64,000 nucleotides of DNA from an uncultured Candidatus Saccharibacteria bacterium. Lineage in GTDB: Bacteria > Patescibacteriota > Minisyncoccia > UBA6257 > 2-01-FULL-56-20. Under the pieces are notes generated by a model. It had not been told where the DNA came from and did not search any database. It saw nothing but the letters and a program-made list of their open reading frames with translations. Of this stretch, positions 35,089 through 45,646 are shown piece after piece (positions within the stretch are counted from its first letter, which is position 1; the number at the start of each line of letters is the position of its first letter). A program made the translations under genes and the position numbers. The stretch covers positions 21,907 to 85,906 of the forward strand of contig CAYHXC010000001.1 of the NCBI GenBank assembly GCA_964360585.1, read 5' to 3'.

Positions 35089-35454
35089 TTAGTTGACCGT
35101 GATAATAGCTTGAAACACGGTAAAAAGCAAGATAGATAAGCCGAGTGTGACAGCGGCAACAAACTTTCCCCAAAACCAATCCCGATATTCGAGCTCAAGC
35201 GCAATGGCATAGTTTATACCGACGACTACCCAACCAATAACGCCATAGCCAAGAACCTGGGCCAAAGTACCAAACTGATCTATGCCATCACGGGTGTAGT
35301 GAATAACAAGCGGTCCACTATGATCACGGAAAGTAGAAAAAAGAAGCGCCTGCCCGATAAGAATAATCAGAAACGCCAGGCCCGATACAATACTCACGAG
35401 TTGGCGCGCCTTAGCTCGGTCCCATATTTTTTTAAGTTGGATGCGCGCGTTCAT
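35089..35454 (-). CDS. Membrane protein (about 3 TM helices)
   Basis: Hydrophobic helices; PLVIHY...GID motif. Confidence 0.6.
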   Translation of the reverse strand: MNARIQLKKIWDRAKARQLVSIVSGLAFLIILIGQALLFSTFRDHSGPLVIHYTRDGIDQFGTLAQVLGYGVIGWVVVGINYAIALELEYRDWFWGKFVAAVTLGLSILLFTVFQAIITVN

Positions 35455-36443
35455 TTTGGACGGAGAAACGAAGCCACATAATCAGGGTCGATGGTATTGA
35501 TATCTACCCCAGTCGAAAGTTCAAATCCGGCCAAGATGGTGATCTTGGGAATGATTTCAATGTGCCAATGATAGTAGGGATAGCGATCTTGATGTTTCAG
35601 GGGGGCGGTATGAATGAAAAAGTTCAGATCCGGATCTCCTAAGCGTTTTGTAATTAATCCCAAGGTTTTCTGAAGCAGATGACTCACTTCACGCATCACC
35701 CCGCCCGGTGTTTTTTCAAAAAACGGCAGATGCTTCTTCGGGAAAAGACGGAGCTCGTAGGAAGTACGTGAAACATAAGGCGCGATAATAATCACATCCC
35801 GGGTTTCTAAAACGACCCGTTTTTTCACCTTCCGCTCGTAGGCCAGCATATCGCAGTGCACACATTTTTTATTTTTTCGATAGTACCGCTCCGAACCGTT
35901 CAAGGAGTGCTGAACATCCGGGGGCACAATCGGCAGGGCCAGGATCTGGTAGTGGGGATGATAGAGCGAGGCTCCGGCCTTGGCTCCCCAGTTATAAAAA
36001 GTGGAAGCGTAGGTAATGCAAGGATCGGCGGCCAGTTCTTCGTATCGTTTTTTCATGACGGCCAAAACCTCGGTGGCATGCTCGGGAGAAAGTTCAGCGA
36101 AGTTTTTGAAGTGATCGCGGGTAATGACGAGATCGTGATGGCCAACACCGGTGCGCGAAAGGTATGGACCGCTGGCGATCGCTTCCGAACACCGCTCGAT
36201 ATGGGTTAGGGCGGGAAAACGATTCGGCACGATAACCACCCGCCAGTTTTCCTGACTCGGATAGCTCAAAAGCGGCGGCCAGTTTGGCGCGGCGATTAAG
36301 AGTTTTGGCTCAAAGGGACAGTTCGTTTTGGGAACACGTTTCCGCTTCTCTATCGCTTTTTTAAAACTTGATGGCCGAGATGATCGCTCCGGCGCCATCA
36401 CAATCCAGTCGCCAGAAACGGGATCTTGTCGAAATTCAGACAT
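35451..36443 (-). CDS. galT: Galactose-1-phosphate uridylyltransferase
   Basis: RQDPVSGDW; NRFPAL; GASLYHPHYQ; GFELSTG. Confidence 0.92.
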   Translation of the reverse strand: MSEFRQDPVSGDWIVMAPERSSRPSSFKKAIEKRKRVPKTNCPFEPKLLIAAPNWPPLLSYPSQENWRVVIVPNRFPALTHIERCSEAIASGPYLSRTGVGHHDLVITRDHFKNFAELSPEHATEVLAVMKKRYEELAADPCITYASTFYNWGAKAGASLYHPHYQILALPIVPPDVQHSLNGSERYYRKNKKCVHCDMLAYERKVKKRVVLETRDVIIIAPYVSRTSYELRLFPKKHLPFFEKTPGGVMREVSHLLQKTLGLITKRLGDPDLNFFIHTAPLKHQDRYPYYHWHIEIIPKITILAGFELSTGVDINTIDPDYVASFLRPK

Positions 36444-36520
36444 ACAAATAGTGTATAGGGTTTAGGGCTTAGGGGCTAGGGCAGTAGCTAGTAGTTAGGA
36501 TCTAGGAGCTATATAATCAA

Positions 36521-36802
36521 GTGGTGGCTCTAAAAATTATTATTAAGGATATCGGAATAGCCATACTTATTTTCGTTATTGTCGGTGGTATTGTTTTGCG
36601 GAAGCTCGATCTTCTGCATTATTCTTCGAATTGGTGCGACTATGAACATCCTGTCGAACGTGAGGTTCCGTGCGGACAAGCCATCTTTATTGGCAGTCTT
36701 CTAGTAGAGAAACCGATCGTTTTTATTCCCACTTATGCGAAACCAGAATATATTGATGAGATGGGGCCTCCCCCAGTAATTTGCTCCGATGATAGCTGCT
36801 GA
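36521..36802 (+). CDS. Small membrane protein
   Basis: TM helix plus Cys-containing tail. Confidence 0.4.
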   Translation: MVALKIIIKDIGIAILIFVIVGGIVLRKLDLLHYSSNWCDYEHPVEREVPCGQAIFIGSLLVEKPIVFIPTYAKPEYIDEMGPPPVICSDDSC

Positions 36803-36870
36803 CCGTCAACGAATGTGCGGCCCTTATTTTTTTTCGTTGAGCTCGCCGTGTCCTTGCCTTCATCCTCCTA

Positions 36871-37032
36871 GAACCCATCTCAAAAATAGAATCACGCAGT
36901 CTTCCGGCTAGATTCGGCTATAAACCCACCCGACCCTCCTTGAAATACCATAGGGTATTCCTGTCTCGGGTCGGATGGTTCTCGCTCGAATCTATCACGG
37001 AATACCCCTGTGCCTATTTTTGAGATGGGTTC
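36871..37032. mobile_element. 162-bp MITE, copy 1
   Basis: TIR GAACCCATCTCAAAAATAG; flanked by TA; near-identical inverted copy at 58428-58589. Confidence 0.88.
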
Positions 37033-38921
37033 TAACTTTTTTTAGAAAGTTGGGAAGATAAACGGTGCAAGTAGTACCACTCGAAAATATCTTTAGCGAT
37101 CGGGACGGCGTTCAAGCTCCCCTGTTTGGCGTTTTCAACTAAAACCAAAATTGCTAATTCAGGCTTGTCCGTTGGCGCATAGCCAACGAAGAAAGCATTT
37201 TCCACAGTGTTATTTTGCGTCTGGGCCGTTCCCGTCTTGGCCGCAATCGTCATCGGTAAACCGGAAAGCAGATGGCTTGTTCCCAAAGTAGATTGTACAC
37301 CCAACTCCATCCCTTTTTGTGCATACCGAATCTCCGGGGCTAGATGGGTGAGATCACGAGTTACTTCTGGTTTTTGGAGGTCAGCAGCAAGATAGGGCTG
37401 ATAGAGCGTCCCGCCATTCGCGATAACCGAAATATAGTTCAAAATCTGAAGTGGTGTCACCTGCAAGTCTCCTTGACCGATACTCACGTTGTACGTATCT
37501 CCCAAGAGCCACGGCCGCTTTCTTCGTTTCTCGGCTTCTTCAAGATTTGGAAGGCGTCCTGTCCCCTCGCCGGCAATATCAATCCCGCTCTCCCGACCCA
37601 TCCCGAACATGTCCCACCAGGCGAGAAGACGGGTAATGCCAAGTCCTTGAATGTCGCCGAAGCCGCCGCCGACTTCGTAAAAATAAACGTTACTCGACTG
37701 GGCAATGGCGGACATGACATTCACGTAGCCCTGCGGCCGCCAGTCTAAAAACCGGGTTGGTTTTGATGGGTCGAATCGGTTCGGCACATCGAGATAGCCG
37801 GGAGAGTAGATGGAACGGTCGGGCGTGATTACTTTTTCTTTCAAGGCAGCCACCGCGACCAAAGGTTTGATCGTCGAACCGGGACTATAAAAACCGGAAA
37901 CAATGCGGTTAAAAAACGGATGGAGCGGCGCGGTTAAAATTTTTTGTTTCTCCTCATTTTTCCCCGGCGAAGAAAGAATAGTGTTGTCGTAGCTGGGAAG
38001 ACTGATCATGGCCAGTATTTCGCCGGTCTGTGGATTCATGGCCAAACCAGCGCCCGACTCTCTCCCTAAGGAAGCGAGGCCTTGCGTCAGGCGGTTATAA
38101 AAATACTTCTGCAGTCCGCTATCAATCGTGAGGCGGAGCGCATTCCCGGAAACTGGTTCGACAGACTCGGCCTGGTTCAAGGCCACACCCTTGGCGTTCC
38201 GACGCTCGGCCGTGTAACCATTTATTCCGCGAAGCGCGTCATCATAGTAGGCCTCGATACCCGCCTTTCCGACAATAAGCTCGTTTTTGAGCTTCGGATT
38301 TCTCGCGAGACTGGCCGCATCAATTCGTCCGGTGTATCCAAGGACGGTGGCGAACTGGGGACCGTCTTTATAGTCACGCGTAAATCCTGGTCGAACAGTC
38401 ACTGGGAGATCGGTCTGCGATTGGAAGGCCACAATTTGCGCCTCATCCAGTCCTTCGCTGATCAAAATCTCATCTTTTTCTCGCGCCACACCTTCCAGAA
38501 TTTCTTCTTCTAAAGTATCCGGGGTAACTTTCAAAATATCAGAAACTCGCCTCATGATCGTTATGCGGTTGGTTGATGAAGCGATAAATTCCTTGAGGCG
38601 CAGGAAGGCCAGGAAACTTGGTTGATTGTCGGCCAAGACCACGCCGTTCCGATCAGTAATCACACCGCGCGGCGCCGGATCAATCTTTCGCGCTTCAAGG
38701 TTGGCAATGGCTCTCGTTCTATATTCAGCATACGAAAATGGCCCTAAAATCAGCATCCGCACGAAGATAATAGAGACCAAGAGGCTGGCCGAAAGACCGA
38801 CAATCTGGAAAACGTGGCTCTTGATCGGCATTTCGGCAATCTCCAAACTGTTCACCAATTCGTCCGCGGATAATCCTTCAAAGGAAAAATCGAATTCTTT
38901 TTCCTGGGAATGATTCTTCAT
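37032..38921 (-). CDS. mrdA: Penicillin-binding protein 2
   Basis: APRGVITDRNG; PGSTIK; SSN; KTGTAQ; follows mreBCD. Confidence 0.92.
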   Translation of the reverse strand: MKNHSQEKEFDFSFEGLSADELVNSLEIAEMPIKSHVFQIVGLSASLLVSIIFVRMLILGPFSYAEYRTRAIANLEARKIDPAPRGVITDRNGVVLADNQPSFLAFLRLKEFIASSTNRITIMRRVSDILKVTPDTLEEEILEGVAREKDEILISEGLDEAQIVAFQSQTDLPVTVRPGFTRDYKDGPQFATVLGYTGRIDAASLARNPKLKNELIVGKAGIEAYYDDALRGINGYTAERRNAKGVALNQAESVEPVSGNALRLTIDSGLQKYFYNRLTQGLASLGRESGAGLAMNPQTGEILAMISLPSYDNTILSSPGKNEEKQKILTAPLHPFFNRIVSGFYSPGSTIKPLVAVAALKEKVITPDRSIYSPGYLDVPNRFDPSKPTRFLDWRPQGYVNVMSAIAQSSNVYFYEVGGGFGDIQGLGITRLLAWWDMFGMGRESGIDIAGEGTGRLPNLEEAEKRRKRPWLLGDTYNVSIGQGDLQVTPLQILNYISVIANGGTLYQPYLAADLQKPEVTRDLTHLAPEIRYAQKGMELGVQSTLGTSHLLSGLPMTIAAKTGTAQTQNNTVENAFFVGYAPTDKPELAILVLVENAKQGSLNAVPIAKDIFEWYYLHRLSSQLSKKS

Positions 38922-39367
38922 AGGCGGGATGATTCAAGATACGACAAAATAAGTGTTGGCAAAAAGCTGATGAGACAGCTCATGAGAATAATCTCAAATA
39001 AAAACAGGGGTTGGAAAAGAAAAATCGAACCAACGGTTTCAAGATAGAAAATGATGATTCCCAAAGCACTAAAAACCGGCGCCAAAACTGGCGAAGGACC
39101 GAAAACGAATAATCGCAAGAAATGGGCAAAAACGATGATAACCAAAGCGACCAATAACTCTTGGGACGCGACCGGTCCTGCCAGAAATAAAAACCCAAGC
39201 AAGGTATAGAAAATGAGCTCTAGTCCCGGGATGACTGCTCCCAAACCGATCAATCCGGGAATAAGGAGGTTGGGCGTGTTTCCTGACCAAAGTCGAGTCT
39301 TGGACTCGAGAACGGCCAGAAGAATTATAAAAAGCGAGAGGGTGATCTCTTTCCGTATCGTGAGCAT
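38918..39367 (-). CDS. mreD: MreD-like membrane protein
   Basis: Highly hydrophobic; lies between mreC and PBP2. Confidence 0.55.
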   Translation of the reverse strand: MLTIRKEITLSLFIILLAVLESKTRLWSGNTPNLLIPGLIGLGAVIPGLELIFYTLLGFLFLAGPVASQELLVALVIIVFAHFLRLFVFGPSPVLAPVFSALGIIIFYLETVGSIFLFQPLFLFEIILMSCLISFLPTLILSYLESSRL

Positions 39368-39385
39368 GCGAATAGTCGAATTATT

Positions 39386-40069
39386 CTAGTTGACTTCCAC
39401 GGCCACTGCAACCAGCCTGCTTACGTCGTAGGGCAACTCCAGTCCCGCTTCTTTAAAAAGTTTATCCGAAGACGGCCGGATATCCTTCACGCGGCCAAGC
39501 ATGATGCCATAGGGAAAATCCGAAGCGGTACCCAAAACGACATCGCCCGGCGAGAGTTTTGCGTCTTTAGGAATGAGCGTGATTGTAGGGTTCAACCCGC
39601 CAACAATAAGACCGGAGATCTTTCCGCTGCCCATCTGAACGGCGCTTTTGAAACGATAGTCAAACAGTGTGTGGACGGAACTTTTCGTGAGGAAGGTGCT
39701 TGAAACACTGCCGACAAAAAATAATTTTTGCCCGCCGTCTTCGCCGCGAATGGGGACAACAACAACACTGCCTTCCCGCACGTGGTCGCGGATGCCTTTG
39801 TCGATGATCAGCTCGTGTTTGAAGTTAATGGGATAGCGAGAATAGACATTCGCGAGAACAGTGTTGAAGGGAGTCGCGGGAAGCGAAAAGATCGCGCTCT
39901 TTTTAACCAGTTCGGCGCGGAGATAGCTATTTTCGGCGCGAAGCAACTCGAGATCACTTGGCTCAGCAGTGCTTTGTCGAGACAAACGCCACAAAAAATC
40001 AGGCGACCAAAGAATACTAACAATGAAGATTAGAAGTAGCGTCGGGAGCACCCAGCCGGACCGCCTCAT
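39386..40069 (-). CDS. mreC: Rod shape-determining protein MreC
   Basis: LRAENSYLR; IDKG; GDVV; FPYGIMLGRV. Confidence 0.88.
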   Translation of the reverse strand: MRRSGWVLPTLLLIFIVSILWSPDFLWRLSRQSTAEPSDLELLRAENSYLRAELVKKSAIFSLPATPFNTVLANVYSRYPINFKHELIIDKGIRDHVREGSVVVVPIRGEDGGQKLFFVGSVSSTFLTKSSVHTLFDYRFKSAVQMGSGKISGLIVGGLNPTITLIPKDAKLSPGDVVLGTASDFPYGIMLGRVKDIRPSSDKLFKEAGLELPYDVSRLVAVAVEVN

Positions 40070-41130
40070 GAGATGCGAATTTCTAAGGCTTTTAAGGGGT
40101 TGTCGAAGAAGGGACGATTGCGATCAATGTCTTCAATCAGCTGGCCAAGACCGCGGGCAACGCAGAGAAGCGGATCCTCGACGACCGTGGTTTTGACAGA
40201 TGTTTCTTTTTCGATCAACTGATCGAGACCCCAGAGGAGAGCGCCGCCGCCGCAGAGATGGATCCCCCGTTCTAGAAGATCGCCCGCTAGTTCCGGCGGG
40301 GTGGACTCAACGACATCCTGCGTCGCATCAACAATTATTTTTAAAGAACGCTGGAGAGCAGTTCTGATCTGCGAACTTTTAATTATCACCTCTTTCGGGA
40401 GACCGCTTGCCGCATCCCGACCCTTGATGGCGATCTCGCCCGGTCCGCCGGGACGGTGTTCGCCGGGAATGGCCGAGCCGACCATAATCTTGGCCAGTTC
40501 CGCCGTTGGTTCGCCGATAATCAGTTTAAATTCCTCTCGAACATACCGGATAATATCCTCATTGAATTTATCGCCAGCGGTTTTGAGCGTTCGTGAAATA
40601 ACCGGACTCCCCATCGAAATAACGGCAATATCGGTCGTTCCTCCGCCAATATCGATAATCAAGCTGGCTGCTGGCGAGTGGATCGGCAGGTTGGCGCCAA
40701 GCGCGGCCGCAACCGGCGATTCAACGAGATAGACACGGGAACAACCGGCATTTAAGGCCGCATCCTCAACAGATTTTCGCTCAACTTCCGTTAAACCGTC
40801 GGGAATAGCGAGAACGGCGCGACGAAAACCGAATAGCGAGCTGGAACCAAGATGTTTGAAAAAATGGCGAAGCAGTTCCTGGGTCATCTCAAAGTCGGCG
40901 ATCACGCCGCTCACGAGCGGCCGAATGACTTCGATATGCGCCGGCGTTCGCGCCAGCATTTTTTTTGCTTCGTCTCCCACCGCCATCATGCGATTTGTTT
41001 TTCGGTTGATTGCCGTGACTGACGGTTCGTTCACCACCACTCCCTTTTGCTTGCCGTAAATAACAACATTGGCTGTGCCAAGATCAATGCCAATATCCGT
41101 AAAAAAGTAATTAAGAAAATTCCAAGGCAT
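40066..41130 (-). CDS. mreB: Rod shape-determining protein MreB
   Basis: IGIDLGTAN; NEPSV; GVIADFE; DIGGGTT; GGGALL. Confidence 0.97.
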   Translation of the reverse strand: MPWNFLNYFFTDIGIDLGTANVVIYGKQKGVVVNEPSVTAINRKTNRMMAVGDEAKKMLARTPAHIEVIRPLVSGVIADFEMTQELLRHFFKHLGSSSLFGFRRAVLAIPDGLTEVERKSVEDAALNAGCSRVYLVESPVAAALGANLPIHSPAASLIIDIGGGTTDIAVISMGSPVISRTLKTAGDKFNEDIIRYVREEFKLIIGEPTAELAKIMVGSAIPGEHRPGGPGEIAIKGRDAASGLPKEVIIKSSQIRTALQRSLKIIVDATQDVVESTPPELAGDLLERGIHLCGGGALLWGLDQLIEKETSVKTTVVEDPLLCVARGLGQLIEDIDRNRPFFDNPLKALEIRIS

Positions 41131-41154
41131 AAAAATAGAAATGGGAGAAACCGC

Positions 41155-42378
41155 TTACTCGGCTATCATATTCCGAGCATCTTCCAAAGACAAAACGTGA
41201 ACCTCTTCTTCTCCGCGCCGCTTCAGCTCAACCTGCGATCCCAATTTTGGGCTGACCACCATTCGCCAGGGAATACCGATCAGATCCGCATCGGCAAATT
41301 TTTCTCCGGCGCCAACCGCTCTGTCGTCATAGAGTACTCGAATGCCGGCCGCTTGTAAATTCTCATAGATCTCGTCCCCCGAGGCCTCGCCCAGAGAAAG
41401 CAGATGCACCTGGAATGGCGCTACGGCCTTCGGCCAGGTCAGGCCCTTTTCATCATGAAATACCTCGGCCAGGACGCCCATAAGGCGGGAGATGCCAATG
41501 CCATAACAGCCCATGATCACCTCCCGCTCCGTGCCATCCTTATCTTTATACAATAGCTCAAATGGCGACGAGTACTTGGTTTTGAGCTTGAAGATGTTTC
41601 CCACCTCGGCGCCAACTGACTCTTTAAGATCGCTCGAACCACAGTTTGGACAGGTTGACTGTTCCTCAATAATTTCCTTATTAATGGCGACCCGGCAGTT
41701 GTTACATATATAGATCGTGTCCTCACCGGACTCGGTCAGTGTCTGAAATTCGTGCGAGTATTTGGCAAAGGTACCGCCGGAAGCAAAAGTAAAATATGTT
41801 TTCTCGCCAATTCCTAAACGATCATAAATGCGAACATAGGCCTCGCGAACGGTTTCGTAATAACGATCGAGATCCGCCTCGTCAGCGTGAAAGGAGTAGA
41901 GATCCTTCATTAAAAATTCCCGACCGCGCAACAAACCGGACTTGGCTCGTTTTTCATCACGGAATTTTGTCTGAATTTGAAAAACGCATTTCGGCAGATC
42001 CTGGTACGAAAGAATACTCCGCTTCGCGAGCGGCGAGACAATCTCTTCGTGCGTTGGACCAAGGGCGTACTCATTTTGGGAGTAGTGGCTCATAAAACGG
42101 AAAAGCGTGTCGTATGTTTTCCAACGATCAGTTGTTTCCCAGTTCTCTTTCGGCTGAAGAGCTGGCATCAGAATTTCTTCTCCGCCAATTTTCTGCATCT
42201 CTTCGCGAACTATGTTTTCGATATTTTTCAGCACGCGCAAACCGAGCGGTAAATAGGAATAGACACCGGCCATTAGCTTATCTACAAAACCAGCGCGGAT
42301 TAAAAGCTGAGCATTAACTGCCGCTTCATCCTTCGGAGCATTGCGTAATGTTTTTGAAAAAAGTTCAGATTGCCGCAT
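41155..42378 (-). CDS. proS: Prolyl-tRNA synthetase (no editing domain)
   Basis: LGPTHEE; KFRDEKR; RGREFLMKD; MGCYGIG. Confidence 0.96.
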   Translation of the reverse strand: MRQSELFSKTLRNAPKDEAAVNAQLLIRAGFVDKLMAGVYSYLPLGLRVLKNIENIVREEMQKIGGEEILMPALQPKENWETTDRWKTYDTLFRFMSHYSQNEYALGPTHEEIVSPLAKRSILSYQDLPKCVFQIQTKFRDEKRAKSGLLRGREFLMKDLYSFHADEADLDRYYETVREAYVRIYDRLGIGEKTYFTFASGGTFAKYSHEFQTLTESGEDTIYICNNCRVAINKEIIEEQSTCPNCGSSDLKESVGAEVGNIFKLKTKYSSPFELLYKDKDGTEREVIMGCYGIGISRLMGVLAEVFHDEKGLTWPKAVAPFQVHLLSLGEASGDEIYENLQAAGIRVLYDDRAVGAGEKFADADLIGIPWRMVVSPKLGSQVELKRRGEEEVHVLSLEDARNMIAE

Positions 42379-42475
42379 ACCGGGTAGTCGAAATTCGAAT
42401 AATTAATAAAATAGTTTTCACGCCATTCCAGGCAGGTTCTGGGATGAAAACCCTTTCGAATTTTCACTACCCGGC
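42379..42475. mobile_element. Family A hairpin element abutting the proS start codon
   Basis: CAT-ACCGGGTAGTCGAAATTCGAA ... TTCGAATTTTCACTACCCGGC-ATG. Confidence 0.7.
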
Positions 42476-42605
42476 ATGCCTGTATTGGTACAAGCGTATC
42501 ACGCGTCCCATCGCTTGGCAAAATAGAAATATCCTCCTTCGCTCATAAGCTACGAAAGGATTATTTTTCTCGAAAAGAAGGGATAAAAAAAGTCGTCTAG
42601 TAAAA

Positions 42606-43403
42606 CTAGGCGACTCGAGAAGCGTATCCCCTGTAACCGGGGTGATCTTCTAAATACCTGAAATGTTCGAGCTGCTGACGGAGACTGTCTGTGACTCGTC
42701 CGCCGTTCACCCGCCGCTCCTTCCGCACTTTCTGACGAATGAATCGCCAGGTCAGATTTTTCAAGGTTTCTTGGGAATCGACGTCAACGATATCAACGTA
42801 CGGTTTCCCTACCGGATCATTCGGTCGGGCCACCTGAATGATCCCACTCAAGGCCCCTTCTGTCTGGACACTTCTCTTGTCACCACCAGCCTCAAGCCCG
42901 ACCCCAAGAAATGTGAGTATTCTCTCGGGGAATGGAAAATCTGACGTGGAAAGAAAGATTGCCCGAGCCGCTTCGAAAACGGCTGGACGGAGAAGATTTC
43001 CCTGCATTGCGTAATGAACGTTTCCATCCACTCCGGAGAGATCATTCTTCTCCCCAAAGCAACGGCTCCCGGTAAAGGTTTTTTTCAAGACCTCCCCGGA
43101 ACGCATCCGCTTTACGAAACCGAACTGACACACTTCGTGTCCTTTCGTGATACTCAAAAAGCGCTGATAGTTCACGGTTCGGAGAACTTCGATCATGGTT
43201 GCGGGAGTGAGTAGCTCTCCCATCATTTTCTGAGCTTGATCGAAAAGCCGGAGATCGAGCAACGCACTTGCTTGGACCGCCCCGGCACCAATCCCGGGAA
43301 CAACGAAGCAGGTTTTTCTGAGGTCAAACCCACCCACACAACTAACCAATCCCACACCCGCCTCTTTCGTCACTTCATCAAATACGCAAACAGATAACGT
43401 CAT
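42606..43403 (-). CDS. DUF1028-like Ntn-hydrolase family protein
   Basis: MTLS N-terminus; PGIGAGAVQA; FTG; QGNLL; AGGDKR. Confidence 0.7.
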   Translation of the reverse strand: MTLSVCVFDEVTKEAGVGLVSCVGGFDLRKTCFVVPGIGAGAVQASALLDLRLFDQAQKMMGELLTPATMIEVLRTVNYQRFLSITKGHEVCQFGFVKRMRSGEVLKKTFTGSRCFGEKNDLSGVDGNVHYAMQGNLLRPAVFEAARAIFLSTSDFPFPERILTFLGVGLEAGGDKRSVQTEGALSGIIQVARPNDPVGKPYVDIVDVDSQETLKNLTWRFIRQKVRKERRVNGGRVTDSLRQQLEHFRYLEDHPGYRGYASRVA

Positions 43404-43493
43404 TGAAATTCCTCCATATTCGGGATGTGAAACCTAGCGCTAGGCTATTTATAACGAAAAATCGTTACTACGTCAAACTGTAAAATTCACAAT

Positions 43494-44588
43494 CTAAAGA
43501 AGCAAAAACTTGTCCAAAAAGAAGATAACCAGGCCAAGCCCGCAAGCCAACGCCGAAATGATCCAAAACCGCATGGTGATCTGGGACTCCGGCCAGTCTA
43601 ATGCTTCAAAATGATGGTGGAGCGGCGCGGACTTGAATATCTTTCGGCCAAAAACCTTTTTACTCGTCATTTGCGCGAGTACCGAGAGCGATTCAAGAAC
43701 CGGAATAAACATAAAGAGCGGCAGGAGAAGCGTGGTGTCGGTCAACAGAGCAATAACGCCAAGCGTAATGCCGAGAGCCATGGAGCCGGTGTCGCCCATA
43801 AAAAATTTCGCCGGAAAAATATTGTGCCAGAGAAACGCCAAGAGACTGCCCATCATCACGCCGCCAAAAGCGGCCAAATGATACCGCCCAAGGACAAAAG
43901 CCACTGTGGTTAAAGCGCCGAAAGCAAAGAGTGAAACACCGCCGAGCAGTCCATCCAAACCGTCGGTTTCATTCGCGGAAAAAGCGGAAGCAATGATCAC
44001 AAAAATAAAGAGCGGAATGTACCACGGCCCGATCTCAAAACTGCCCATGAGCGGCACGGTAATCTGACTAATCTCTAAACGAACGTAAAACCACCAGGCG
44101 CCGATCAAAGCGATAAACATATACAGAACTAACTTATACCTGATCTTCACTCCCCCGCCGTTCGTACCGATATGAAGAACGCCTAAAATATCATCAACGA
44201 GACCCAAGAGGGCAGCGATGAGGAGCGTGGCCAAAGGCAAGTATGTTTCTCCACGATCGATAAAGTTAATGAATCCAAACTGGCGCGAGATGCCGCCGAA
44301 GAGAGCATCGAGAAGGGCGAAGAGAAGGGCGAGACCGATCACCGTGCCCCAGATAATCACACCACCCGCGGTCGGCGTACCGGTTTTTTTCTCATGGAAC
44401 TTGTGGAAAACAGGCGCGTTTTCCGCCGGACGGATCTGTTTTCCGATGTGATATTTCTGAAGTACCTGATACCAGAGTGGCGTAATAAAAAGCGTGACCA
44501 AAAAGGCGGTGGCCATAAGACCAATAATTCGAATTGACTGAAGAGGAATCAGGAGAGGCGAGATGCCGTTGAAGTTGATGGGATCCAT
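43494..44588 (-). CDS. mraY: Phospho-N-acetylmuramoyl-pentapeptide transferase
   Basis: KTGTPTAGG; DD; NETDGLDGL; FMGDTGS; APLHHHFE. Confidence 0.96.
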   Translation of the reverse strand: MDPINFNGISPLLIPLQSIRIIGLMATAFLVTLFITPLWYQVLQKYHIGKQIRPAENAPVFHKFHEKKTGTPTAGGVIIWGTVIGLALLFALLDALFGGISRQFGFINFIDRGETYLPLATLLIAALLGLVDDILGVLHIGTNGGGVKIRYKLVLYMFIALIGAWWFYVRLEISQITVPLMGSFEIGPWYIPLFIFVIIASAFSANETDGLDGLLGGVSLFAFGALTTVAFVLGRYHLAAFGGVMMGSLLAFLWHNIFPAKFFMGDTGSMALGITLGVIALLTDTTLLLPLFMFIPVLESLSVLAQMTSKKVFGRKIFKSAPLHHHFEALDWPESQITMRFWIISALACGLGLVIFFLDKFLLL

Positions 44589-44599
44589 GGATCTAATGT

Positions 44600-45640
44600 T
44601 TACTCATAATTATCTTTAAACCAAGCGAGGAGTGTTGTGGTGTCGTCAAACCGAGCCGAACTATTCAAGACAACGATCAAAATCGGCCGTCCCTTCACCC
44701 GGAAGATTGAAAATAAATTTCCGCCGGCTTCGTCGATGAATCCAGTCTTACCGCCCAAAAAATCGCTCCGCCCGGCATACATATTTATTGGCAAAACACG
44801 ATACTGCCTTTTCGCAGACAGTTCCGTAACCGTAACTCCCGCCTCACGACTCAACGACAAAACGTCCCCCTTCCGATTGAAGATCCGGAAAGCCAGCTTC
44901 TCGAGATCAGCTCCGGAAGATTGATTGACGGGCGAAAGGCCGCTTGGATCATAATAGTATGTTTGACTCATTCCCCATTGTTTGGCCTGTTCATTCATTT
45001 TTTTCATAAAATTCTCCCGACCGTAGGCATATGCCAGAGCCTCGGCCGCCACATTATCAGAAGCAGTGAGCATGATGCGGATGAGATCTAAGGCGCGATA
45101 CGATTCATCCACTTTTACGTATAGGGAGCCAGCTCCAGGATCTTTTAAAAAACTTTCTTTCGTGACCGATATTGCTGTGCTTGAAGCAAAGACTTCGCTG
45201 GCTATCGTCGCCGTCATAAGTTTGGTAATCGAAGCAATTGGCCAGTGACGATTTACCCCTCGCTCAAGGTAGTGCGTGCCGCTCTCTAAATCGGCGACCA
45301 GCATAATACTCGCTCCGATCTGCGGCGCGAAAACATTGGCCCGCTTAATAAACGGCGCTTCGAAAGAAGTGAGTGGGGCGATGAAGGCGCCGTCTTCTGT
45401 CAGCGCATGGGTATTTCCGAGGGCGGTCTCCGGTCCGATTTTCACTTCCGTTTCCAGGGATTCACTTTTCGGATGAAGCGCCGCCTGACTTTCCAAAGAG
45501 ACAAGCGCCAGTGTTTCGCGTCCAGACTGAATACTGTCCTTCGCGGTAATCACCCGGCCGTTTCGCGGCACGATATTGACGCCAAAGGCAATAATGACGA
45601 TGAGGACTAAGAAGATACTATTTTTCTGATAACTTGGCAT
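44600..45640 (-). CDS. D-Ala-D-Ala carboxypeptidase (peptidase S11)
   Basis: ASITK; SDN; KTG. Confidence 0.88.
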   Translation of the reverse strand: MPSYQKNSIFLVLIVIIAFGVNIVPRNGRVITAKDSIQSGRETLALVSLESQAALHPKSESLETEVKIGPETALGNTHALTEDGAFIAPLTSFEAPFIKRANVFAPQIGASIMLVADLESGTHYLERGVNRHWPIASITKLMTATIASEVFASSTAISVTKESFLKDPGAGSLYVKVDESYRALDLIRIMLTASDNVAAEALAYAYGRENFMKKMNEQAKQWGMSQTYYYDPSGLSPVNQSSGADLEKLAFRIFNRKGDVLSLSREAGVTVTELSAKRQYRVLPINMYAGRSDFLGGKTGFIDEAGGNLFSIFRVKGRPILIVVLNSSARFDDTTTLLAWFKDNYE

Positions 45641-45646
45641 GGGAAA

